Part shown: piece by piece, positions 16,290 through 24,987 of the stretch
Numbering within the stretch: the stretch's first letter is position 1
Layout: the number at the start of each line of letters is the position of its first letter
Virus record (IMG/VR): IMGVR_UViG_3300044724_001100
Location: 1 to 28,453 of that record
Length of the DNA stretch: 28,453 nucleotides
DNA from: a virus
Lineage: Duplodnaviria > Caudoviricetes
Direction: 5' to 3' (one strand)
Notes under the pieces: model-generated
The model's input: the letters and a program-made list of their open reading frames with translations, nothing else
Told to the model about the DNA's origin: nothing
The model's database searches: none
Made by a program: the position numbers and the translations under genes

Positions 16290-17772
16290 CATCCTCACCA
16301 TCTTCATCAAATGGTACACCAGTTTGAGCATTAAACTTAGTTCCATAAGGTTCATAAGCTAAATCAATTCCCATTTTAGCAGCTAAACTAGCTTGTGCGT
16401 CTAATTCTGAGAAATGTTGACTTAATTCTTTACCACTTTGATTTAAAACATCCTGTATTGTAGATAGTCCATTTGTTAAGTTAAGCTGATTGGCTTGTGC
16501 TTCTTTTAATGGATCAACAGAATGATAACCTCTAGCAGAAAATTCTATTGGATTAGCCCACTTTTCATAACGAGTCATGGGTAAAGGTAACGTACCTGAT
16601 ATAATAGCCATTTCTAACCATTTTTTATAAACTGGTTTACAGAAATGCTCTATAATAAAAGATTGCGCGTGTTTATAGCTGTCTCTCTCGTCCAATAAGC
16701 CTACTCTAGCACTACTATAACTAGTTTGCGTCAAATCATTGGACAGCGACGCATAAGATACGCCTAGTCCACTAGCAATCGTTCTAAGCATTGCTTTATC
16801 AAATTCACCTACACCAGTATTAGGATGATTCCAATTAGCAAACTCAATATCTGTACCTTGTGGTAAAATATCTATAGTTGCAGGTTCAAAATTCATTGCT
16901 GGCATTGTAGCTGCTTCACCATCTAAATACGCTTCAGTAGTCATTGAATCACCTGATGGTGTTTTAATAAAAGCCATTTTAGATGCGGCAGCTTTACTAG
17001 CTACTAGTTCTGATAGTCTAAAATCTTGTAACCATTTGATAGCAGTCATAGTAGATGCTAATTTTTTTGGATAACCTCTAGTTTGTCCAAATCTATCAGG
17101 ACTATAAAGGTGTAACATTTCAGAAGCATCAATTCTATCTTCTTTAGATGGATTACTATAGTTTGATACAACTGTAGAACTATAAGGATCACGATTTATC
17201 CAATACGCTAATGGTTTTTGAGTATATTTATCAATTTCTACACCCATCTTAATACATCTACCATTACCTAATTCTTTATTAAGTGTAGAATCAAGATAAT
17301 CAGGTTCTAAAAAGCTAAGTTTTAATCCTTCTTTAGTATTTATATAATGACATAATACCTCACCATCTCTAGCTAAACCTTCTACAATCATATTATAAAT
17401 ATCAGGCATTGTATAAGTGTTGCTAACTTCAGGATTTTGACACCATTGATACCAACTTCTTTCAATCAAATCATTATCATAATCATCTAAAGTACCATCA
17501 TCATTTCTACTATGGACTTGAATTTTAAATCCTTGTCCATTTCCTACAGTGCCTTGTTTAATTAATTGAAAGTATCTTTGAACAATAGGATTATTTCTAG
17601 CTAAGTCTCTACATCTATCTCTTAAAATCTTTAGGTTGTTTTCAAGTTCTGCATCAGGACTAGAGCTAGTTGCTTTCCAGTCATTAAATAATCTTCCAGC
17701 GTTTGCACCGGTAAAGTTTCTTTTACCAGTTTTTTTATTCTTTTTTCTTCTAAATCTATCTAAAAAAGCCAT
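16279..17772 (-). CDS. Portal protein, lambda gpB family
   Basis: LRDRCRDLARNN, GVEID, QTRG.P, IASGLGVSY..LSND...SYSSAR, VDPLKE motifs. Confidence 0.93.
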   Translation of the reverse strand: MAFLDRFRRKKNKKTGKRNFTGANAGRLFNDWKATSSSPDAELENNLKILRDRCRDLARNNPIVQRYFQLIKQGTVGNGQGFKIQVHSRNDDGTLDDYDNDLIERSWYQWCQNPEVSNTYTMPDIYNMIVEGLARDGEVLCHYINTKEGLKLSFLEPDYLDSTLNKELGNGRCIKMGVEIDKYTQKPLAYWINRDPYSSTVVSNYSNPSKEDRIDASEMLHLYSPDRFGQTRGYPKKLASTMTAIKWLQDFRLSELVASKAAASKMAFIKTPSGDSMTTEAYLDGEAATMPAMNFEPATIDILPQGTDIEFANWNHPNTGVGEFDKAMLRTIASGLGVSYASLSNDLTQTSYSSARVGLLDERDSYKHAQSFIIEHFCKPVYKKWLEMAIISGTLPLPMTRYEKWANPIEFSARGYHSVDPLKEAQANQLNLTNGLSTIQDVLNQSGKELSQHFSELDAQASLAAKMGIDLAYEPYGTKFNAQTGVPFDEDGEDDAS

Positions 17773-17781
17773 TATATATCC

Positions 17782-18375
17782 TTAAAATCCTGAATTACCG
17801 GTAAAATTAGCTCTAATAATTTGTCCAGTTTCCAGTCCTTGCTTGGCTCTGTTTTGACGTAATTCAGCTATAACTATACGTTCATACTCATGTTTAGTTT
17901 CTATTAACTCTAAAGGTGTTAATTTTGTAATACTTCTACCGGCTACAGAATAAGATGAAGCGTCATCAACAAAACGTCCTTCTAATAGTGCCTTTATAGC
18001 TTCTAATACTTTTTGAGCATGGGTTCTTAAATCTTTACCAGTTGACTGGAGATTAAAGTCAGGCAGTATTTCTAATTGCCCTTGATAGACTATAAATCTA
18101 TCATTTCCACTTGTTACAAAGCCTTGACCTTGATAAATAGCTGGAGCTATATCATCCGTACTTGTAGCTAAGTGATTTACCCTAAAAGTACCATTGTTAT
18201 TGGTAGCTGTTACGTCAAAACTATATTTTCCATCAGATGATCTAAAGAAATACTTTAAAGTCCAAGTTGCTGGTGGGAAATTAGATAAATTACGTTCCCA
18301 TCTCCAAGTTGTACCGGCATAAACTAAAGTAGGTTCTACAGGTAAATATTCTACACCTAAATCTGAAACACTCAT
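17782..18375 (-). CDS. Head completion protein (gpW-like) with N-terminal Ig-like domain
   Basis: C-terminal LEAIKALLEG...SYSVAGRSIT..L.ELI motif, immediately upstream of the portal gene. Beta-rich N-terminal ~105 aa (AGTTWRW...ILPD). Confidence 0.75.
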   Translation of the reverse strand: MSVSDLGVEYLPVEPTLVYAGTTWRWERNLSNFPPATWTLKYFFRSSDGKYSFDVTATNNNGTFRVNHLATSTDDIAPAIYQGQGFVTSGNDRFIVYQGQLEILPDFNLQSTGKDLRTHAQKVLEAIKALLEGRFVDDASSYSVAGRSITKLTPLELIETKHEYERIVIAELRQNRAKQGLETGQIIRANFTGNSGF

Positions 18376-18677
18376 CTCGGTTGTACTCCTATAGAAAATA
18401 ACCTAACCATAGTTCTACCTTGATCGGTTACAATAGTATTTTTTAAATCATAATAGTACGCATCACGTCCACCTGAAATAAAAACACTTGTTGATGTATT
18501 ACTAATGCTACTAGAAACAATAGTAATATCTGTACTAGATGCTGTCCACGTTGAAGTGTTGATAGTTTCTGTACTAGATATTAATGCACTCCAATCTATA
18601 GAGTAGTCTAAAGTTGCACCAGCACTTTTGATAGCGTCAACACTTTGTAGAGCAACATTATATGGTGATTTAACCAT
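18372..18677 (-). CDS. Ig-like virion protein (putative fibre base)
   Basis: LDYSIDWS...ETI..STW...VFISGG...Y..KNTIVT..GRT..R beta-sandwich pattern seen in phage structural proteins. Confidence 0.6.
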   Translation of the reverse strand: MVKSPYNVALQSVDAIKSAGATLDYSIDWSALISSTETINTSTWTASSTDITIVSSSISNTSTSVFISGGRDAYYYDLKNTIVTDQGRTMVRLFSIGVQPR

Positions 18678-18700
18678 TTTAAGCTCCTTTTATTAAAGTG

Positions 18701-19123
18701 TTATGAAATAGTTGCTATACCATTCGCATTGATTGTTACTTGAAACGTGCTATTGCTACTTGAAACGCTGCCGCCACCAGTATCTAAGTCAACATACGCT
18801 AATAAATCATTAGATGCTGTTGAACTAAATAATACTAAATATTTAGCAGTAATTGTTACGTTGCTGCCAAATGAAATATCTGCGGCATCAAATTTTACCG
18901 TACCACCTGATTCTGTAACTGTAACTGATGTAAGAGTTTGTCTTGCATAGTCTGAGTCGGTTACTTCATTAGTAATATCAGTAAGGTTGCTTTGAGTAGC
19001 TACATTAGGTGTATAACTTGATGTAGTCATTAGTGCAATAAATGTATCGCCATCTAGGTCGATTGTGTTGTCGGCAATTTTTAACTTGCCTGAGTTGTAA
19101 AATGTAAATGATCCAGCTGCCAT
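18701..19123 (-). CDS. Beta-rich virion protein (putative fibre shaft subunit)
   Basis: IDLDGDTF...YTPN...NEV...YARQTL...FDAADISF...LLAYVDL; strong AGGAG RBS. Confidence 0.6.
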   Translation of the reverse strand: MAAGSFTFYNSGKLKIADNTIDLDGDTFIALMTTSSYTPNVATQSNLTDITNEVTDSDYARQTLTSVTVTESGGTVKFDAADISFGSNVTITAKYLVLFSSTASNDLLAYVDLDTGGGSVSSSNSTFQVTINANGIATIS

Positions 19124-19132
19124 GTTAATCTC

Positions 19133-20275
19133 CTATGCTGCTTTAATTGTGACCTTTGGTGTATTTTTGTATGTTCTAAGAACTCTACTATCAGATGCAA
19201 TTAAAATTCCACCTGCACCACCTGAGTCTGTTGTTACGGACGGTTGAAGTCCAGTTATTGTAAGCGTTCCAAGTCCTGTTGTTACGTTTACCTCTATATT
19301 AACAGCAACACTTTGTCCTGTTAAAGCTAACGAACCATTACCAACTAAAATATTGTCACCATCTTGTATGGTAACTTGTTGTCCAGTAATGGTTAAACTA
19401 CCTGTTTGTGGTTGTATATTTTCATTTTCCACAAATGTAGGTTGTAATCCTGTTATGGTTAAAGCACCTGAACCTAATGATATTACATTACCATTATTAA
19501 TGGATGGTGATTGACCACTTATATTTAATGAACCATTAACAGGTTCAGTTTGTATTCCTATATCTAAAATAACTTGCTTACCATCTATTACAAGTGAAGC
19601 TGTAGATGGGAATACATCTACATCTACTTTAAATTCAACTTGTTGACCTGTAATAGTTAAACCACCAGTATTTGTTGTAATATCATTACCATGACTTACT
19701 GTTGGTGTTTTACCATCAAGAGTAAGTGTTCCATGTATAGGTGTAACAATACCACCAATAGTTTCTAATACTTGCTGTCCAGTTATTGTAAGTGAACCAG
19801 TATTAGGTGTTACATTAACACCACCTACAGTTGATACTTGTTTACCATCAATAACTAATGCACCAGCAAATACACCAATATTATCACCATCTATAACCGC
19901 TACTGATTGACCAGCTATAGTTAATGAACCCTGACTAGGTGTTAAATTGTTTCCTTGTACTAAACTAGGTTGCAATCCTGATATACTTAAACTACCGGTT
20001 GACGGTGTAGCGTTTACACCGGAACTTATTGTAGCTTGTTTACCATCAATAGTTAAACTACCAGTATTAGTAGTAATGACATTACCACCTATTACAGCAG
20101 CTTGCTTACCACTTATTACTAATGATCCAGTTGTAGGTGTAGCGTTAACACCACTATTTGCTGTTGGTTGTAACCCAGTTAAGGTTAGACTTCCAGTACC
20201 AGCTGTTAACTCAACAGCTTGACCAGCTGAAACATCAGAAAATGGTAGTTCACTAAATGTAGTAAACCCAAACAT
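19133..20275 (-). CDS. 22-aa tandem repeat protein (15 repeats)
   Basis: 23-aa leader MFGFTTFSELPFS..., 15 x 22-aa units (xPxxGSLxIxGxQxxxxxGxNx) and a 27-aa basic tail: 23+330+27=380. Confidence 0.85.
   Translation of the reverse strand: MFGFTTFSELPFSDVSAGQAVELTAGTGSLTLTGLQPTANSGVNATPTTGSLVISGKQAAVIGGNVITTNTGSLTIDGKQATISSGVNATPSTGSLSISGLQPSLVQGNNLTPSQGSLTIAGQSVAVIDGDNIGVFAGALVIDGKQVSTVGGVNVTPNTGSLTITGQQVLETIGGIVTPIHGTLTLDGKTPTVSHGNDITTNTGGLTITGQQVEFKVDVDVFPSTASLVIDGKQVILDIGIQTEPVNGSLNISGQSPSINNGNVISLGSGALTITGLQPTFVENENIQPQTGSLTITGQQVTIQDGDNILVGNGSLALTGQSVAVNIEVNVTTGLGTLTITGLQPSVTTDSGGAGGILIASDSRVLRTYKNTPKVTIKAA
19217..20206 (-). repeat. 15 x 66-nt degenerate coding repeats
   Basis: Exact 22-codon periodicity with no indels in the translated sequence. 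Confidence 0.85.
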
Positions 20276-20279
20276 TTAG

Positions 20280-20570
20280 TTATTCTCCGTTGTTTTCTTC
20301 TAGTCTTGGATCAATCCATCCTTCAATAGCTACCCACCCATCAGTTTCATTGTAACTATATTTGTAGCCAAAATAATCATCAGGTGTATCTACTCCTGTA
20401 TGCAATGTTGCATTACTTGAGTTAACGTCTGAAATAATTAATGTTGGATTACCATTTGCGTCTTTTATTGTTGATTGATCTGCACCAATCTCAACAATTT
20501 CATCATCATTAAACAAATAGATTGAAGTATTAGCGTTATCACCACTACTCCATGTTATAGTTTGTGCCAT
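20280..20570 (-). CDS. Acidic fibre-associated protein (chaperone or cap candidate)
   Basis: IISDVNSSNATLHTGVDTPDDYFGYKYSY...W..GW; directly follows the large fibre gene. Confidence 0.6.
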   Translation of the reverse strand: MAQTITWSSGDNANTSIYLFNDDEIVEIGADQSTIKDANGNPTLIISDVNSSNATLHTGVDTPDDYFGYKYSYNETDGWVAIEGWIDPRLEENNGE

Positions 20571-20580
20571 TTTGGTCTCC

Positions 20581-23500
20581 TTATGATTTAATTAAAATTT
20601 TTGTACTTGATAAAGCAGTACCACCTAATACTGATGGATCTCCTGCTGTAGTCGACAAAGTACCATCATTCTGAACGTAGTATTGTGAAGCTGTTGTTAA
20701 GCCTGTTTGATTTTCGTCACTTTGTGATATTACTTTTACTTTTACATCTTCATTATCAGCAACAGTATTTTCAGCAAAGCCTATAAAATTATTAGAAGTT
20801 AAATTTGAACTAGATATGCTACCTGCAGGATATACAACTAAAGCCTGTGCGTCTTTTGTAGCATTTTCAACATAAAATGGTACAACATTATAAGTTGCAG
20901 AATTATAAGCAATACTAACCCCTGTAGCATCTACTGAAACTGCCTGACTGTTTAAAGTAGTTGCACCTGCATAGGATAAACTTGTGCCACTAACAGTAGC
21001 TTGTAAATAATGTAAATAATATGGTGAACTATCATCTCTATTTATTAAAGCAACAACACCTTGTTTTGTCCAAACACAAGCAAAAGTATTACTACCATTA
21101 TTATATGTGCTATCTACAGCAGTTCCCATACTAATAGTAGTTCCACTAACTGTTCCTACTATTCCCTGAACATTATCTGAACTATCTTTAAAAAATAAAA
21201 CAATTTTCTGATTTGTTTCATCATATGTCATGCTATCAGCAGACATTGTTGTGTTACTTGCTTGGAAAACAATAGCAGTATTCCAAGTTATTGATGTGCC
21301 TGAAATAGATATTGTTCGTATGTTACCATGAGCAGATGAATCTCTGTAAGAAACAACACCTACAGAACTATTTTTATCATAAGCTGAACTGTAATAATTT
21401 GAAGAAGTTACACCTGAATCTGATATAGTTCCAAAACTTATAGATGTACCACTAACTGTTCCAATAATAGCTTTTAATGTATATGCTGATCCATTAAATT
21501 CTCCACCTACCCAAACAACTTTTTTATTTGTGCTGTCATAAAAACAAGTTCCTCTATAATATGTGTTAGCTGAATTAAAAGCGACAGGTGTTCCAAAAGT
21601 TACACTTGTACCTGATATTGATGCGACAACCGCATAACCATATTGATTAACTCCGTTGTAATAAAAGATTACATGATTTCCACTTTCCTCATCATAGACT
21701 GAGTCTATAATGTTCATATTTGCACTTCCTGAAAAATTAGATGATTTTGAACCTACTGATAATGTTGTGCCACTTGTAGATAATACATTTGCATAACCAT
21801 AACCATCTCCTTCATCTTTATAAACTGATAAATATTTATCTTCATTAATATCATAGGTTATATTTGCATATTGTATATTTCCAGAACCTGCCTGAACTTC
21901 TGTTTCACTTCCTGCTGAATAAGTAACTGATGTACTCGTACCACTAACTTCTTCAAAATCACCATCCGTTCTTAAAATAACAGGTTTACCCTTAGTAATT
22001 GCACCATTAGCTGTTCCAACTAATTCTGTTGGTGGTTCTGCTAATTCTAAATCTGTTCCTGATCGTGCTGTACCGACAAACTGTGATGCGTTTATTGTTG
22101 TTGATGTTGTTGAGCCAAGACTTAAAGTAAAGTTAAGAATACTTGGTGAACTATCTGCCCCTCCTAAAGAATAGGAAACGCCTTGCCCTGTTACAAAAAC
22201 AGACGCATTTGTTTCATTAGAACCTGAATCTACCACACCATTAGTTGTCAATTCTTCTGAACTTATAGAGGTTAAAGTTGAGCCATTACTTGTAAAAATA
22301 TCACATTGTATATGGCTATCTCCATAAGCACCATAAACCATAAATAATTTATTTGCATCACCATTCCACGCTAGTGAAACAACTTGCGTTCTTTGTGTAG
22401 TATCTGAAAAGGCATAGGCGTCAGCAGTATAACTTAAAGTATTTGTTCCACCACCTGTTACAGTAACAATAGAATATTTTGGTAAATATGATAAATAACT
22501 TGGAGCACCTAAATTAACATCATACATAATTATAATTTTATTATTTTGTGTGTCGTAGGCTAGAGTTAAATAACCATTACTATTTGGCGTTCCTGTGAAA
22601 GATGCAGTTTGTGTAGAGCCTTGAGTTATAGTTGTTCCTGAGCAAGAAAAAACAATACCGTTTACTGTTCTAGTACCTGCGTCTAATATATAAAAGAATA
22701 CAGTCCTATTAGTATCAGGGTCGTAAATAGCGTTAGTGCTTTTAGCAGACATATCTATTCCAGATGCAAATGTTACAGCATCAGTAGAACTATAAGAATA
22801 ATTAGCACCGCTCATTTGCAAAGGAAAAACTTTATGTAGATAACCAGATTGCCACCCTAAATCAAAAAAAGCTAATATAGTATTTTGTGATGTATCATAA
22901 ACTATTGAAGTAGGTTGAGTGTTAGAGCCACTTGTAGCTAAAGTATTAACAGTTGTTGTAGTGCCTAAAGTTAAACCCCCTGAACCTGATATAGCTACTG
23001 GAGTAACTTTAGCATTTTCATTAGAACTTTCTCTTGTGCAATAACTACAATGAGCATATCCACCGCCTGTAGCTACTCTTACTCGCTGACCTCTAAGTGA
23101 GTTAGATGATAAAACAGTAGGTGTATTCCATGTAATACCTGCTGATAATGAACCCCATGTTCCTGATTCAACAACAGGATAGTTGGTAGAACCATCTCTA
23201 CGACCTCGTACATAATAGCCTGAAGTAGACTCATAAGCTATTGAGTTATCCCAATACGAATAAGTTGAGCCAGCTTGTGTTGTTATTGTAGATATTGTAG
23301 GATTTGTATCAGGTGTAGTTGTTGTCGTTGTCCTTTCAACAATAGTACCATCATCTTTAGCGTAATAATCTTTGCCTGCTGTTAATCCTGTTTGATCATT
23401 GTTAAATGAACCTGCTCGATTAACTCCTACAACTTCCGTATCACTTGCTGTTGAAGATGCAATGCCAAAGTAATTGTCATTAGTTAGATTGGTTGATGTT

Positions 23501-24987
23501 GAAGGCATAGTAACGACTGCACCATCATAATTATTGTTACTATTATCAACATAACTAACTATAGATTTTGCACCTGCTGAAGCTGTTGCTATATCATTAC
23601 CATTTGCATTAGTTGTAGATACTTGTGTTTCAGTACCAAAACTAACTGTGCTACCATTTAATGTTACACTTCTAGCAATAGGGTAATTATTGCTTGTGTT
23701 TCTATATCCCAATAATGTACTTTTGCTTGTAGCGTTATAACTTATTGTTGCTTCATTTGATGTTGTTGAATATTGGTTTGCAGAACCCCACGTTGTACTA
23801 CTGCCACTTACTGTTATTACATAAATTTGATTTGTGTTTGATGAGTAAAGATTTAGTAATAATTTCTTATTTTCTTCATCATAAGTCATAGCTCTTTCAT
23901 TATCTGGATAAGGACTACTTGCAGATATTTTGACCGAAGATGTGTATGTAATATCTGTACCTGATATTGTTCCTAATTCTTCAGTTACATAATATGAATT
24001 ACCTGCATCTCTATGCACAATAAGAACTTTTTGTTGATCTGGATCATAACCTATACATGTATTATTTGGAGTAGAGTTTATAACATCAGCAACAGTACCA
24101 AAACTTAAAGTAGTACCAGACAAACTTACTACCCTGCTTTTTTGGGTTGATGAATTTTCATAACTAATAACAGTTTTACTTGATCCTGTATAAACTGCTG
24201 AAACTTCACCTGTATTATTACTATTAAATGTTTGTGCAGAACTAACTGTTCCATTACCACTAGAGTCTAAAGTAATAACATTTGCTCTGCCTTCTCCTGC
24301 TGTATTGTCATTATAAAAAACTATTGTTGCTTGTTGCACTTCATCATAAACAGCAAATAACGAGTGCATGCCTCCTGTAGTTATATTTGCTTCTGAACTA
24401 TAAGTTATAGTGTTAGCAGAAGTATTAATAGTACCAACTCTATAAACTAAATTGTTAGAACCAGATCCTTTTCTGTATATTGCTAAAACTTTATTTCTAT
24501 AACTATCGTAAATATTAAAATAATCACTATTGCCAGAACTTGAATCTATTTCTTGTACTGTGCCTAAACCAAAAGTTATTGAAGTCTCAGCAATTTGTGA
24601 AACTGTATTATCAGCATTTAAGATTAATGGCTTGCCTGCGGTGATACTACCACTAGCTGTGTAGTCACGATTAACACCGATGTCACGATAGGATGATTTC
24701 TCAGCAGGATAAGTAACAAAGACTGTTGAACCTGTAGCTGATAAAGAAATAGCATTTCCTGAATTACTACTTTCAAAAATAGTATCTCTTGTTAAAGTAT
24801 TAGAATTATAAGTTCCCTCGCCCACTTCAAAATCTGTTGTGTTTACATCCGTAATTGTGTAATAACACTTTGTTCCATTACCTAATACACTAAACGCTTG
24901 AAAGCCTGACTCAGCTCCAGTAAGTGTTAATGTTCCAGTACCGGTGGTACTCGTCAACTCTTTAATTCTATCCAAACTCTTTAACAT
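20581..24987 (-). CDS. Large fibre/adhesin with multiple propeller-like repeat modules
   Basis: N-terminal DRIKELTSTTGTGTLTLTG attachment-like domain; recurring ~50-aa blades (YD...K.V..Y...VGT.SGT.I.FGT); S/T/N/G-rich. Confidence 0.85.
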   Translation of the reverse strand: MLKSLDRIKELTSTTGTGTLTLTGAESGFQAFSVLGNGTKCYYTITDVNTTDFEVGEGTYNSNTLTRDTIFESSNSGNAISLSATGSTVFVTYPAEKSSYRDIGVNRDYTASGSITAGKPLILNADNTVSQIAETSITFGLGTVQEIDSSSGNSDYFNIYDSYRNKVLAIYRKGSGSNNLVYRVGTINTSANTITYSSEANITTGGMHSLFAVYDEVQQATIVFYNDNTAGEGRANVITLDSSGNGTVSSAQTFNSNNTGEVSAVYTGSSKTVISYENSSTQKSRVVSLSGTTLSFGTVADVINSTPNNTCIGYDPDQQKVLIVHRDAGNSYYVTEELGTISGTDITYTSSVKISASSPYPDNERAMTYDEENKKLLLNLYSSNTNQIYVITVSGSSTTWGSANQYSTTSNEATISYNATSKSTLLGYRNTSNNYPIARSVTLNGSTVSFGTETQVSTTNANGNDIATASAGAKSIVSYVDNSNNNYDGAVVTMPSTSTNLTNDNYFGIASSTASDTEVVGVNRAGSFNNDQTGLTAGKDYYAKDDGTIVERTTTTTTPDTNPTISTITTQAGSTYSYWDNSIAYESTSGYYVRGRRDGSTNYPVVESGTWGSLSAGITWNTPTVLSSNSLRGQRVRVATGGGYAHCSYCTRESSNENAKVTPVAISGSGGLTLGTTTTVNTLATSGSNTQPTSIVYDTSQNTILAFFDLGWQSGYLHKVFPLQMSGANYSYSSTDAVTFASGIDMSAKSTNAIYDPDTNRTVFFYILDAGTRTVNGIVFSCSGTTITQGSTQTASFTGTPNSNGYLTLAYDTQNNKIIIMYDVNLGAPSYLSYLPKYSIVTVTGGGTNTLSYTADAYAFSDTTQRTQVVSLAWNGDANKLFMVYGAYGDSHIQCDIFTSNGSTLTSISSEELTTNGVVDSGSNETNASVFVTGQGVSYSLGGADSSPSILNFTLSLGSTTSTTINASQFVGTARSGTDLELAEPPTELVGTANGAITKGKPVILRTDGDFEEVSGTSTSVTYSAGSETEVQAGSGNIQYANITYDINEDKYLSVYKDEGDGYGYANVLSTSGTTLSVGSKSSNFSGSANMNIIDSVYDEESGNHVIFYYNGVNQYGYAVVASISGTSVTFGTPVAFNSANTYYRGTCFYDSTNKKVVWVGGEFNGSAYTLKAIIGTVSGTSISFGTISDSGVTSSNYYSSAYDKNSSVGVVSYRDSSAHGNIRTISISGTSITWNTAIVFQASNTTMSADSMTYDETNQKIVLFFKDSSDNVQGIVGTVSGTTISMGTAVDSTYNNGSNTFACVWTKQGVVALINRDDSSPYYLHYLQATVSGTSLSYAGATTLNSQAVSVDATGVSIAYNSATYNVVPFYVENATKDAQALVVYPAGSISSSNLTSNNFIGFAENTVADNEDVKVKVISQSDENQTGLTTASQYYVQNDGTLSTTAGDPSVLGGTALSSTKILIKS

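Noticed and set aside
18747-18950. Plus-strand 67-aa ORF
   Set aside because: Antisense shadow of the 140-aa virion gene.
19947-20222. Plus-strand 91-aa ORF
   Set aside because: Antisense mirror of the 22-aa repeat gene.
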